In this document: piece after piece, positions 11,635 to 21,694 of the stretch
Layout of the letters: each line of letters opens with the position of its first letter
Numbering within the stretch: position 1 is the first letter of the stretch
Source: Pelagomonas calceolata
Lineage: Eukaryota
NCBI GenBank assembly: GCA_918797485.1
Contig: CAKKNE010000002.1
Span: forward strand, 1,860,001-1,924,000
Length of the DNA stretch: 64,000 nt
Reading direction: 5' to 3'
Notes under the pieces: generated by a model
Databases searched by the model: none
The model's input: only the letters and a program-made list of their open reading frames with translations
What the model was told of the DNA's origin: nothing
Translations under genes and position numbers: made by a program

Positions 11635-12567
11635 TCAGCGCGCGCCGAAGGAGATGATCGGCTGGGACCGGTACCGCGAGTCGAGCATGCGGCCCATGGA
11701 GCCCTGGATCTGGTACTTCGGGCCCGGCCGCACCTCGAGCTTGTTGCCGCCCTCGCCGGCGTACGGCCGCTGCGCCGCCGTGCCGAACGTCGCGGAAGGA
11801 TAGCTCTTCTGGGAGGACAGGACGGGCTTCGCCTCGCCCTTCTCGTTGCGGCCCTCCTTGAGGGGGTCGATGTAGTGGCCGGGCCCCGGCTCCTGCGCGC
11901 GCGTCTTCGCGCCGATGTTGTGTCTCCCACCACCGATCGTCGAGATTTTTGAGCTACGGTACTTGGACTCGATCTGCCGCCCACAGCTCCCGTGGGAGTC
12001 GTACTGGCCCGGAGCAGGTCTAGATTTGTTCTCGCGTTCCGCGGCGTTGTTGTAGGTGCGGGGCCCTGTCATGAACTTGACGCCCGGGATGTTTCTACCG
12101 GTAGACAGCATGCGCTGGCCCTTCTCGATGGCCGCCGCATCGTAGGTTTGCGGCGACGGCTCGGCCATGCGGGTCTTCGTGCCGGGGCCGCTCGTCGCCA
12201 ATCTAGGTCCCGTGGAGAACTTCATGCGCGGCGCGCTCCGGATCTTGCTCTGCACTTGGATACCATACGTAATATTGTCCAATTGATACTTCGGGCCGGG
12301 GTTCGTCGAGGCGTTCCCCAATTGTTTCTCGATGGGCCTCCCGCAATCGTTGATCGCTTCGCGTCCAATGCAGGCCGACGGCTCGGACCTCGTTTTCGAC
12401 TCGACGGACTTGACCTCGCCGTTCTTGTTGCGTCCCAGCGTCAGAGGATTGATGTACTGGCCGGGGCCCGGCAGGTTCGGGTCCGCGCCCATCTGCTTGT
12501 CGACGACGGCCTTGCGCGCGGCGAGGCAGAGGCCGAAGGAGGCGAGGGACTGGCCCGTCTCCGTCAT
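11635..12567 (-). CDS. SHIPPO/ODF3-like (sperm-tail PG-rich repeat) axonemal protein
   Basis: Repeated PGPGQY/PGPKY/PAPGQY/PGPGHY motifs about 40 aa apart. Likely ATG at 12567. Confidence 0.8.
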   Translation of the reverse strand: MTETGQSLASFGLCLAARKAVVDKQMGADPNLPGPGQYINPLTLGRNKNGEVKSVESKTRSEPSACIGREAINDCGRPIEKQLGNASTNPGPKYQLDNITYGIQVQSKIRSAPRMKFSTGPRLATSGPGTKTRMAEPSPQTYDAAAIEKGQRMLSTGRNIPGVKFMTGPRTYNNAAERENKSRPAPGQYDSHGSCGRQIESKYRSSKISTIGGGRHNIGAKTRAQEPGPGHYIDPLKEGRNEKGEAKPVLSSQKSYPSATFGTAAQRPYAGEGGNKLEVRPGPKYQIQGSMGRMLDSRYRSQPIISFGAR

Positions 12568-12969
12568 GGTGGCGTTGCTCTTGCTGTTGCGTGTGCGCCT
12601 TACGGGGCCGCGCGGGGCGGTGTGGCGCTGTTTTGGCGCTCTCTGGCTGTTTTGCTTTACGCGCGCGCGGCGGGGCTGCGCTCGCGTTCCTTGGCCGCGC
12701 GGTATGTAGCGCGGGCTGGGCTTAGCTTGTCTTGGGGCAGCGTTGCCTCCTTTTAGCGTCAGAGACTCACAACTTATTCGATGAAGCGAGCGCTGTGGCG
12801 CTGTCCTCAAGGAACGTTGGGCTCTGGGGGAATTTGGGGTACGCCGCAGACGCGATGGCCGAGGCAGTTCCGCGTAGAAGGAGGTATGCTGTCGCGAAGG
12901 ACGCGACCCGCGCCCGCCGCCGACGACTCGGCGACGCGCCCGCGCCGCCCACGAGTCCTAGGAAGTCCC

Positions 12970-14772
12970 TTACTTCTTCCCCCCCTTCGAATCACCACCT
13001 TCAAGGCCCGCGATCAACTCCTCGAGGCGGTCGCAGTCGCCCTTGAGCTCCTTCATGAACGTCGCGAGGTGCGCCGTCTGCGTCCAGAGCGCCTGGAGCT
13101 CCGACCCGAGCGGCTCCGGGAATGTACTAGAGGCTTCACCCGAAGATGACACTTTCTCGGCCAACGACGCCGACGCCGCATCCAAGTCGGCGTCGTGCTC
13201 CTCCTCGGGCGCGAGGTCGGGCATCTGGTCGTCCGCGTTCTGGAAGTTCAGGACCTTGTCAGAGAACATGGTGATGACGAGCGGCGTGGCCACCGACGCG
13301 GGGGGCTGCGTCGCCGGGACCAATGTATACGATCCGGGTTCCAACCAGCAGGCGGCCCAGACCTGGCGCTTCGCGTCGAAAGCTCGCGTCCCGCCGACGA
13401 TCTCCGCAGCCTTGAACTTCGCCGCCCGCCGACCGCCCTTGACGTGCTGGATCGAAAACCCGATCCCGAACAAGTCCTCGCGCCCCAAGGGATCCGGCTT
13501 GTGGAACCTACTATCTTCCTGTGATAAGGTAGCGCAAAATCTAGTAGCTTCAGTAACATCAAACACGTACTGGGGATTCTGGGGCCAATCTCCATCCGTC
13601 GGCGGGCCGCCCGTGCCCGAATCTTGGGAACCGGGCAACCAGGTCCCTCGATAGGACATGAACGACCCGTCCTTCTCGTATTCCCTCGACACAAGTAAAG
13701 TGTCGAAGGCCCCGACGAAGTCGGTCCACTCCATCCAGAACTCGTGCGCGTCCTTCTCCCGTAGGATGGGCATGCCATCCTCACCCAACTCCAGTTTCTC
13801 CTTCATGCCGCACTGCTCCGCGATGGGCTGGTACTCGTTCCAGAGCGCATGCCCTTCGCACCAGCGACCTTTCCACTTCCCGAAGCGCCACGGCGTCGTG
13901 AGCTTGACCATGTGCTTCTCCATGTAGTCGTACTCCACCGTCGCGTCGGCCTCGCAGTGCTTGATCTCCAAGACCGTGTACATGTGCGCGTTCACGAGAC
14001 CGTCCGGCTCGAGGTAATCGGCGGTCAAGGGGTCGCCGGACCGGCGCGGCCCTACGCTCCGACAAACACCAACCAATCCTTCTCTGGCAAGGGCATCGAT
14101 CAGGTCGTTCCACAACGTCTCTGACGACGAGGGCATCGCGATCCGTTCTATCGCTCGGCCCGTGACGTCCTCCATCGCTTCATCCAAGGTACCCCCACCC
14201 AGCGCTTCGTAGCAGCCATGGAGCTTCGCGTAGGCCTTCTCGACGACCATGACCCACGTTTCCGACGGGTCGACGGACCGCGCGAAGTGCGGCGTGCCGT
14301 TCCGCCCGCAGGGAATGCGGTCGTCGACGTGGACGTAGCGCCACCGTCCGCTCTTGAAGAATTTCACCGTATATATGCCCTTGTCCGCGCATTCCGACGA
14401 GACCAGTACTCGTTTCACCTTTTCTGCCGTGTTTAACAGGCCGAGAGCTGATAGGAACCACCTGTCTCGTAAAGCGCCCTGGACCAGGCCGCCATGCACC
14501 TCATTTATTGGAATAGGTTCGATTACGCCCTTGATGGAACCCACCTCGGATATTCGCGGCCAATTGACCACGTCTGGAGGTATCCCGTACTTCGGCGGGT
14601 GCAGCGGATCATAATATAGAGAAGTGCCGTCCGCTTTGAAATGGGGATCCTCGAACTTCTCGTCGTCCTTTAAGCTATTTATGAGCTTCCTTTCGCCTAT
14701 GCGAGCCTTATCATCGGACTCGTAGCTGCAGTAGTGCTGGGCGAAGGCGCCGGCGTCGAGGGAGCGGGCCAT
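12970..14772 (-). CDS. Calpain-like protein (CysPc + domain III), probably catalytically inactive
   Basis: FEDPHF, VDDRIP, EKAYAKLHGCYEAL and FWMEWTDF. The catalytic QGxLGDCW motif reads QGALRDRW. Confidence 0.88.
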   Translation of the reverse strand: MARSLDAGAFAQHYCSYESDDKARIGERKLINSLKDDEKFEDPHFKADGTSLYYDPLHPPKYGIPPDVVNWPRISEVGSIKGVIEPIPINEVHGGLVQGALRDRWFLSALGLLNTAEKVKRVLVSSECADKGIYTVKFFKSGRWRYVHVDDRIPCGRNGTPHFARSVDPSETWVMVVEKAYAKLHGCYEALGGGTLDEAMEDVTGRAIERIAMPSSSETLWNDLIDALAREGLVGVCRSVGPRRSGDPLTADYLEPDGLVNAHMYTVLEIKHCEADATVEYDYMEKHMVKLTTPWRFGKWKGRWCEGHALWNEYQPIAEQCGMKEKLELGEDGMPILREKDAHEFWMEWTDFVGAFDTLLVSREYEKDGSFMSYRGTWLPGSQDSGTGGPPTDGDWPQNPQYVFDVTEATRFCATLSQEDSRFHKPDPLGREDLFGIGFSIQHVKGGRRAAKFKAAEIVGGTRAFDAKRQVWAACWLEPGSYTLVPATQPPASVATPLVITMFSDKVLNFQNADDQMPDLAPEEEHDADLDAASASLAEKVSSSGEASSTFPEPLGSELQALWTQTAHLATFMKELKGDCDRLEELIAGLEGGDSKGGKK

Positions 14773-15139
14773 GCGTGGAGAGGGCTGCCTTCTCCAAAAA
14801 CGTGCGCCGGCGCCGGCCTAAGCGCACGGCGGGCAGCCTTAATCCGCAGCGCTCCCTCTGTGTTTTTGAGTGCCGGGTTTCGCGGATGCGGCCCGGGACC
14901 CGTCCCCAGCGGTCCGAGGTCTCCCCCGGGCGGCTGGGACGCCGTGGTTGCTCCTTGTTCGTGGTCGCTCTGCGTCTGGCGCGAGAGCACAGCGCGACAC
15001 AGCGCTTTACGTACGCGAGGCATTTCAAGTCGCGTGAAGGCGCACAGGGCCGCGGCGGGCGGACTCGCAGCCGTCGGGCCTCCGCCATCGAGTTTGGGCT
15101 GCCCGGCCGCGCCGACGGCGCCGCCACTGGCCCAAAAGG

Positions 15140-16099
15140 ATGACCCTCCCGCCCATCACGCCGCACACCACGACGATGCAGCCCGCCATGCCCACCTTCG
15201 CGACGCACTTCCGCGAGCGCGTCGGCGGCGTCCACCGCAAGCGCAACAAGCTCGCCCGACGGCACCTCGGCGCGGCGCGGCTCGGCATCGCGAAGGAGCA
15301 CGCGCGCGACGTGAAATTGCGGCTCCGCGCGGACCGCGACGAGGTGTTGAGGCGGCGCCGCGCGGAGCTGAAAGATATGGAGCGACGGCGGAAGAAGATT
15401 GACGTACAGCGGAAGGAGATGGAGGAACGCACAAGGCACATGCGGTTGATGCGGCACAAGGTGGAGACGGCGGACCTGACGACGCGGTGGCACGGTGTTG
15501 GAGGCGCCGAGGTGCCGCGGCGGGATTTGCGGACGATGAGGCGCGCGCGTCGAGTACCAGAACATAATGCGTTCTCGACGGTGCTGGAGCGCGACCGCAT
15601 GGCCGAGGCCGCTTTGGCCGAGAAGAGCGCCGGCGTGTGCATGAACCGGCGCCTCTTCTCCATTCAACAAAGTGAAGAAATCGACAGGAGGACCGAGACG
15701 GCCTACCGGGACCATAGGCATCTCGTGGACGAGAATCAAAGTAGAGCTCGAGTCCACGTCAAGGCGCCCTGTCCCCGGTTTGAACAGAAAAGGGTGCTGG
15801 ACACAAATGACGAGATCGCCGTCACGTTGGAAGCGGAGAAGTGGCTCGCGGTGCACAAGAACCGGGACAAAATAATCGCCAAGCTTGAGAGGCGGGACCT
15901 GAAGAGTAGGTGCAAGGCGCGCGACGACATGGATCGGTTCTGGGATTCGACGAGCGAGCGCCTCGCGAAGCTGCCGCCACCGGTCAAGATTATACCGAAG
16001 GGCAGCGCGTGGCAGCGCCTGCCCCAGAACCGCCTGCCGGAGTGGTCTATAGATACGACGGTCTTCCTGGGGGCGCAGCCGCCTGTTACGAGCCTCTAG
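15140..16099 (+). CDS. Hypothetical charged coiled-coil protein
   Basis: 319-aa ATG ORF with coding-like codon use and R/E/K-rich helices. Confidence 0.6.
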   Translation: MTLPPITPHTTTMQPAMPTFATHFRERVGGVHRKRNKLARRHLGAARLGIAKEHARDVKLRLRADRDEVLRRRRAELKDMERRRKKIDVQRKEMEERTRHMRLMRHKVETADLTTRWHGVGGAEVPRRDLRTMRRARRVPEHNAFSTVLERDRMAEAALAEKSAGVCMNRRLFSIQQSEEIDRRTETAYRDHRHLVDENQSRARVHVKAPCPRFEQKRVLDTNDEIAVTLEAEKWLAVHKNRDKIIAKLERRDLKSRCKARDDMDRFWDSTSERLAKLPPPVKIIPKGSAWQRLPQNRLPEWSIDTTVFLGAQPPVTSL

Positions 16100-16255
16100 C
16101 TTTCCTTGTCGGAGCCGCCCGCTCGCGCCCGCGCCCCGCGTTCGCCTGTGGCGCCGCGCCGCTCGTGCCGCTGCCGACGCCGACGACCCCCGACGCCGTC
16201 GAGGCGACGCATGTATGTGTGTTAAGAAGAAAGACGATAGAAAATTAGACAGTTC

Positions 16256-17230
16256 CTAGGGCACGACCGCGGCCTTTTTTTTCGGCTTCTCGACGCGACC
16301 GGCTCGCTCGAGCGACCAGTCCTCCAACATAAAGGCCGGCTTGTACTCCTCATTTGATAGGAGCGCCGGGTTTCGTTTCGTCGATGAGACTGATCCTAGT
16401 GAAGTGTAGCCCTCGTCGTACAAGGAACAATAAGGCAGGTCGAACGTCCTCAAGAAGCTCCAAACATCACCGTAACTCCAGTCCAAAATAGGGTTCACGC
16501 GCATGAACGCCGGCATCCACTCCGACGACGGCTCGAAGGGCTTCTGGTCGCCGCAGTTCGGGTCGCCCTGGCGCGTGCCGAGCACAAACGCTAATGCTCG
16601 GGGCTTCGCGTCGCTCACGAGTTTTTTGAGACCATCGACATAGCCGACGTCCGGCGCCACGGGCTCCACGGCTAACTCATCAGCTAGCGCCTCGCAGGTA
16701 TCTCTCACAAAGGTGCGGACTTCCCCGAAGTCGTCGGACGCGTCGAAGTAAATACATTTCGGTTTTTCTCTATTCGAACTTTTGACGGCGTGGGCGTGTC
16801 TAGCTGCTCGTAATAAGTGCAAGATCACACAGGCGTCTTTCCCTCCGTTGAAGGACGCGTAGACCTGTGTGGAAATCAAATTTACGGCGCGGTCGTTCTC
16901 CACGCCATCGATGCGACGCCTGCTCGATGGCGTGGCGATGTCGGTTCTCACCGCTTCGTCGCCGAGCAATGACTTGTTGAAGAATTATCGGGTGCACCCG
17001 ACACACTGGTTGATTTCCACACAGGCGTAGACGGCATCGGGCCCAAACACCCGCAACGCGTCCTCGAGGATTTTTATCGAGTTGTCGATCTTGTGCCTTA
17101 ATGGCTCGTCGCTGTAGTCGACAAATCTAGCGTGGAGTGCCGCTGCGTCGCCCACATCTTGTGCGCGCAGCCGAGGCGTGGACACCATCGCTCCGGCCAA
17201 ACTGCTCATGATCAAGATCGCTCTAATCAT
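16256..17230 (-). CDS. FLAD1: FAD synthetase (PAPS-reductase family); exons 17230-17033 and 16864-16256
   Basis: Spliced sequence gives DAVYASFNGGKD, GTRQGDP, MRVNPILDWSYGDVWSFL, YCSLYDEGYTSLG and ERAGR. Confidence 0.9.
16865..17032 (-). mobile_element. Introner (TIR/TSD intron-generating element), 168-nt intron
   Basis: Perfect TIRs CTGTGTGGAAATCAA (16865) and TTGATTTCCACACAG (ends 17024). Perfect 8-bp TSD GCGTAGAC at 16857-16864 and 17025-17032. GT donor comes from the TSD and AG from the TIR. Confidence 0.93.
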
Positions 17231-17506
17231 CGCGCCGGCCGCATGGCGCAGTGGTGTGAGCTGTGCCGTGTGCCTTGTCTACGTCTGCGCCACTACTGAG
17301 CCTGGCTGGGCAAGCTGGCCGGCTCATTTTGGTGGCCTAGTGCCTCTCTTTGCCTAGCCGCGCCCGGTACCCGTAGGCCCGGAGCTTTCGGGACCGCCCG
17401 AAACGCGACGGCTCCGTGGCGAAGCATCCATTTTTTTTGCCCACGCGGCTTCAACAGTCTGTCCTCAAGTTTGCAGCCGCAGCCAAATGCGAGAGCGCCA
17501 CGCGCA

Positions 17507-18598
17507 ATGCCGCCCAGACGGAAAAAACGGGCGGCGGCGAGCGGCATTGATGCCAGTACGCGCGGGGGACCGGGAAATTCATCAATATCGACGCCTGCAG
17601 CGCCCGAGCCAACTGCAATTCAAGCTCCCTCAGCAAGCGTGCACGCAACCGCACCGGTGCAGCCCGCAGCCGTAAACGCGACGGCGCCGTCGCCTGTCAG
17701 CGCGCCGGCGCCCGCGGCACCGGCCGCGCCGCCCGCAGCTGTAAATGCACAAGCGCCGCCCGCGGCGCCGGCCGAGCGGCGCATGACCGACCTCGCGGCG
17801 GCCGCCGCCGAAGCGCCGAAGCCGGACCCGCCGAAGCGCAAGCGACCGAAGAAGGAGGGCGGCGCGGCGCGCAAGGGCAAGTGGACCGTCGAGGAGTACG
17901 AGTACACGACGCGCATCATCGAGCTGTTTAACGGTGGGCTGCTGGAACTGCCCGAGGGCGTGACGCTGCGGGCGCATCTGGCGCGGAAGCTGAGCTGCGA
18001 CCCGATGCGCATCACGAAGAAGTTTAGCGGAGCGTCGTGTCTTGGTAATAAAGTTTTCCACAGCGCGGGCGCGCGGCCGCGCGGCGACCGGCCGCGGCCG
18101 TCGCCCCAGCAGCTCGAGGAGGCGGCGCGCGAGTTGCAAGTTCTGGAGGGCCGGTTCCAGGACGCGTGCGTGCGGTCGTCCGAGTCGAAGGACGTGCGCA
18201 TGATCGACCTCGAGGCGCGGTTCCAGAATTCCGATCGGGTCGTGTCGACGCCGGCCATCGACGCCTTCATCATGCAGAGCTGCCAGCCGACGTGGGACCC
18301 CGACCACGTGGCCTCGGCGCCGCCGCCTCTAGCGGAGCCGCGGCCCCTCGCCCCAGCGCCTAGTGCGCCGGCGGCGTCGTTCCCCGTGCCGCAGATCACG
18401 CAGCTCCCCGCGCCCGCTGCGGCCGGACCGGCGCCGGCCTCGCCCCAGACGTCGAACGACCAGATCGCTGCTGGTCTACTGTTGGGCTTCGGCCGGGCCT
18501 GCTCCCAAAATAGTGGTGACAGCTCGGAGCTCGTCGGCTTCGTCGAGGACGTCACCAGCCGCGCGGCCGGGCCGCCGCCGCCGCCGCCTGAATCCTGA
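17507..18598 (+). CDS. Putative transcription factor with stramenopile-type Myb-like RKGKWT...CDPMRITKKF domain
   Basis: RKGKWTVEEYEY...GLLELPEGVTLRAHLARKLSCDPMRITKKFSG, NLS-like PKRKRPKK and Pro/Ala-rich flanks. Confidence 0.75.
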   Translation: MPPRRKKRAAASGIDASTRGGPGNSSISTPAAPEPTAIQAPSASVHATAPVQPAAVNATAPSPVSAPAPAAPAAPPAAVNAQAPPAAPAERRMTDLAAAAAEAPKPDPPKRKRPKKEGGAARKGKWTVEEYEYTTRIIELFNGGLLELPEGVTLRAHLARKLSCDPMRITKKFSGASCLGNKVFHSAGARPRGDRPRPSPQQLEEAARELQVLEGRFQDACVRSSESKDVRMIDLEARFQNSDRVVSTPAIDAFIMQSCQPTWDPDHVASAPPPLAEPRPLAPAPSAPAASFPVPQITQLPAPAAAGPAPASPQTSNDQIAAGLLLGFGRACSQNSGDSSELVGFVEDVTSRAAGPPPPPPES

Positions 18599-18667
18599 TC
18601 TCTCTCCTTTCTTTGCTTTGCTGGAGCTGAAATCTAGTCGTTGTGTAATGTTCGCTTTATCGTGTGC

Positions 18668-19855
18668 CTAGAAATCCCCAAGCAAGCACGGATCCCCCAC
18701 GCCTCCGCGCGTCCACCACCCGAGCGCCTCGAGCTCGCTCCGGCAGTTCGTCGAGTGCCGGTCGCGCACGGCGCCGTGCGCGAGGCCGTCGGGGTACCGC
18801 AGCTGCATAGTCTTCGGCGAGCAACCCCCCTGCGCGCAGGGCTTGAACGCGGGCTCGCCCGTCCGCTTCCGCCGCTTCGCCTCGCGGAAGAGCCAGCGCC
18901 GCCACGGGTGCGCGTAGACGGTCGCACGGGAGTACGCCGCATAGGCAGCAAAGAAGAGGTCGTCGACGAAGAAGCAGCTCGGCAGGCGGCCGCCCGGGAG
19001 TAGCTCGCGGCCCCACCTGCGCGGGAGCGAATCGCGTCGATGGCGTAATAGCGACGAATACAAGACGCCGGCCGCCGACCGCTCGAGCTCGCCGAAAAGT
19101 GACAAAGGCGCCGCGAGCATGTCGCCGGCCTGGGCGACGCAGACGGAGTCCTTGATGGGCCGGCCGCGCGGATAAAAGTAGGAGTAGTAGGTCCACACGG
19201 TCTTTGTGGCGTCGTAGCCTACAGGTTTAGACGACGAGAAGCCGACGTGCAGCAGCGTCGCCAGCGCGAACGGCTCCCACTCGTGGTCGTCATCGGCCGC
19301 CACGACGATCGCCTTTTCACGGTCGTCGCCAGCCTTCGCGAGCAAGGCCGGGTCGCTCCGCAGCGCCTCGACCGCGCCCACGAGCTTCGTCGCCGGGCCG
19401 TAGTCGTGCGCGGGATTCGCGACGACGACGCACGGCGCGCACGGCCCCTTTGTTGATCGCGCCGCGGCGTCAAGCTGCGCGAGCCACGCCGGCGGCTCGA
19501 TGCGCTTGCCGTTCCAGTGACTGCGGCGGTTGTTGTAGACGTCGGGGATGCTCACGACGATCAGCGCCGGCTGCGACTGGTTCAATAGGCTTCGCACGGC
19601 CGGCTCGACAGCGGCCACGCGCGTCGGAGTAGTCGTCAGCGCCACGACCACCGGATTGCGGACGGGCGGCTTCGCGAGCAGCGCGCCGGCGGCCTTGAGC
19701 GCCGGGTCCTCCGGGTACTGCGACCGGTGCACGTGGGCGCCTTTGACTGTTTTGAGGTGCGGTCGGCTGTCCAGGATGGCTTGCATCCAAAGCGGGACGT
19801 CTTTGCTGGCGCACGTGGTGACTAGGAGGGCTGTCAGGGCGAGATTGCGTCGCAT
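18668..19855 (-). CDS. Secretory GT-A fold glycosyltransferase-like protein
   Basis: Signal peptide from ATG 19855. Motifs VVALTTTPTRV, DYGPATKL, ADDD (DxD) and VDDLFF. Confidence 0.7.
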   Translation of the reverse strand: MRRNLALTALLVTTCASKDVPLWMQAILDSRPHLKTVKGAHVHRSQYPEDPALKAAGALLAKPPVRNPVVVALTTTPTRVAAVEPAVRSLLNQSQPALIVVSIPDVYNNRRSHWNGKRIEPPAWLAQLDAAARSTKGPCAPCVVVANPAHDYGPATKLVGAVEALRSDPALLAKAGDDREKAIVVAADDDHEWEPFALATLLHVGFSSSKPVGYDATKTVWTYYSYFYPRGRPIKDSVCVAQAGDMLAAPLSLFGELERSAAGVLYSSLLRHRRDSLPRRWGRELLPGGRLPSCFFVDDLFFAAYAAYSRATVYAHPWRRWLFREAKRRKRTGEPAFKPCAQGGCSPKTMQLRYPDGLAHGAVRDRHSTNCRSELEALGWWTRGGVGDPCLLGDF

Positions 19856-20159
19856 TTTTAAGGTGCGAAGCTGTGCAAATGGACCAGAGGTACAGGCGGA
19901 CTGCGGAGCAAGCGGTTTGGTCGCGTGTATGCGGTGGTGCTTGTTTTGCAGCGGCGTGCCAGCGCCCGACAGGATTTTCACCATCGAAACTGAGGTTGAG
20001 TCGGGGGCAAGTGGCGGATGGGTGAATCAAAACATAACATGCGCCCAGAGGAAATACGCGCCCCAGAGGACAGGATGGAGGGGGAATAACCAGCGAGCGT
20101 GCCGAGCGACGCGGGTCGGAACAGCCAAAAGAGAAAGGGCAGCCTCGTATGAAAAGGGT

Positions 20160-20175
20160 GGTTTTTGTAAAAACC
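20160..20175 (-). terminator. Histone mRNA 3' stem-loop (H2B)
   Basis: On the minus strand, ACCC-GGTTTT-TACA-AAAACC-ACCC forms a 6-bp stem with a 4-nt loop, identical to the copy after H2A. Confidence 0.8.
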
Positions 20176-20282
20176 GGGTAGAATTGGGGTGTCCAGGCGG
20201 CCGTGAAACACGTGAATGTTTCAACAAGGCGCTTTTCGCTCGCGAAGGAGCCGCGCCGTTGACCGCGGACGGTGCGAGCTGT

Positions 20283-20633
20283 TTAGCTCGACGAGAACTT
20301 GGTGACGGCCTTGGTGCCCTCGGACACGGCGTGCTTGGAGAGCTCGCCCGGGAGCATGAGGCGGACGGACGTCTGGATCTCGCGGGACGAGAGCGTCGCC
20401 TTCTTGGAGAAGCGGCACAGCTTGGAGGCCTCGAGGGCGATGCGCTCGAAGATGTCGTTGATGAACGAGTTCATGATCGACATGCCCTTCTTGGAGATGC
20501 CCGTGTCGGGGTGCACCTGCTTGAGCACGCGGTAGATGTACGTCGAGTACGATTCCGTGCGCGACTTCTTCTTCTTGGCGCCGCCGGCCTTCTTGGGGGC
20601 TTTCGCCGACTTCTTGGAGGGGGTCTTGGCCAT
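20283..20633 (-). CDS. H2B: Histone H2B
   Basis: [38 protein letters not shown]...[16 protein letters not shown] at 20633. Confidence 0.98.
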   Translation of the reverse strand: MAKTPSKKSAKAPKKAGGAKKKKSRTESYSTYIYRVLKQVHPDTGISKKGMSIMNSFINDIFERIALEASKLCRFSKKATLSSREIQTSVRLMLPGELSKHAVSEGTKAVTKFSSS

Positions 20634-20650
20634 GTTGCTGGTGGTTGTGT

Positions 20651-20888
20651 GTTTGCTTTTCTTCCGATGTGTTGGTGTGGAGGGCAGCCCGCTGGAGCGC
20701 ACACATTTCCGGGGCGCGGGCGAGCCGCTAACTTTTGGCGACGAATGAAATTGTGACCCTAGTATCTTTTTCCCCTCTAGGGTCGCAAAATGATTCGTCG
20801 CCAAAAATTAGCGGCGCGCTGACGCCCCGGAAATGTGTGCGCTCCAGCGGGCTGCCCTCCACTCCAACACATCGGAAAAAAAACAAAC
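20651..20888. promoter_or_regulatory. Palindromic bidirectional H2B/H2A promoter (inverted repeat, ~112-bp arms, 14-nt spacer)
   Basis: 20651-20762 is the near reverse complement of 20777-20888, e.g. GGAGGGCAGCCCGCTGGAGCGCACACATTTCCGGGGCG / CGCCCCGGAAATGTGTGCGCTCCAGCGGGCTGCCCTCC. Confidence 0.85.
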
Positions 20889-20897
20889 TCTTACATC

Positions 20898-21287
20898 ATG
20901 TCTGGCAAAGGAAAAGGTGGCCGCGGCAAGGGCAAGGCCAAGTCCTCCGGCTCGTCGTCCTCGGCGTCCAAGGCTGGCCTCCAGTTCCCGGTGGCGCGCC
21001 TCAACCGCTACCTCCGCAAGGGCAAGTACGCCTCGCGCGTCGGCGTCGGTGCCGGTGTCTACATGGGCGCCGTCCTCGAGTACCTCTGCGCCGAGATCCT
21101 CGAGCTCGCGGGCAACGCCGCGCGCGACAACAAGAAGACGCGCATCGTGCCGCGCCACATCCAGCTCGCCGTCCGCAACGACGAGGAGCTCAACAAGCTC
21201 CTGGGCTCGGTCACGATCGCGTCCGGCGGTGTTCTCCCGAACATCCACGCCACGCTTCTCCCCAAGAAGTCGGCGTCCAAGAAGTAA
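20898..21287 (+). CDS. H2A: Histone H2A
   Basis: [53 protein letters not shown] and GGVLPNIH. Confidence 0.98.
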   Translation: MSGKGKGGRGKGKAKSSGSSSSASKAGLQFPVARLNRYLRKGKYASRVGVGAGVYMGAVLEYLCAEILELAGNAARDNKKTRIVPRHIQLAVRNDEELNKLLGSVTIASGGVLPNIHATLLPKKSASKK

Positions 21288-21343
21288 GCGCCTCGCTTGC
21301 TGACTTCGGCCGCTCCCACGAGCGCGCCAACATCATCTTACCC

Positions 21344-21359
21344 GGTTTTTACAAAAACC
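21344..21359 (+). terminator. Histone mRNA 3' stem-loop (H2A)
   Basis: ACCC-GGTTTT-TACA-AAAACC-ACCC, 57 nt after the stop codon. Confidence 0.8.
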
Positions 21360-21694
21360 ACCCTGGACACCCGAAGCAACCTTTGCACTTCCGCCGTCGG
21401 CCACCACCGAGGTTAATTTTTTTCCCCCTCCCGCCCCAGCCGTCCCGCGTCGCTCCCAGCTTTAGCCAGCGGCCCCGCGAAGCCCCCGACGTGTCCGCGT
21501 TTTTGCCCCGCACCTAATCTCTCCTCGCGCACGACATCGTCGTGATTTTTGTGGGCAGGGCAGCGGATTGCACGCATTACTTGCGTGTTGGCTGGAGAGC
21601 CGTCGCATTGCACGCATTACTTGAGTGGAGTTGGAGTTGGTTCGTGGGACGCACCCACCGGGCAGCCGCGGCCCACGCCCACTCCACTCCTCCC

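Noticed and set aside
19548..20756. 402-aa plus-strand ORF and other long ORFs over the histone genes
   Set aside because: These are antisense/alternate-frame shadows of GC3-biased genes with no domain signal.
20704..20835. N-terminal extensions of H2A/H2B from GTG/TTG-type starts in the ORF track
   Set aside because: They lie in the palindromic promoter. Canonical ATGs at 20633 and 20898 give normal-length histones.
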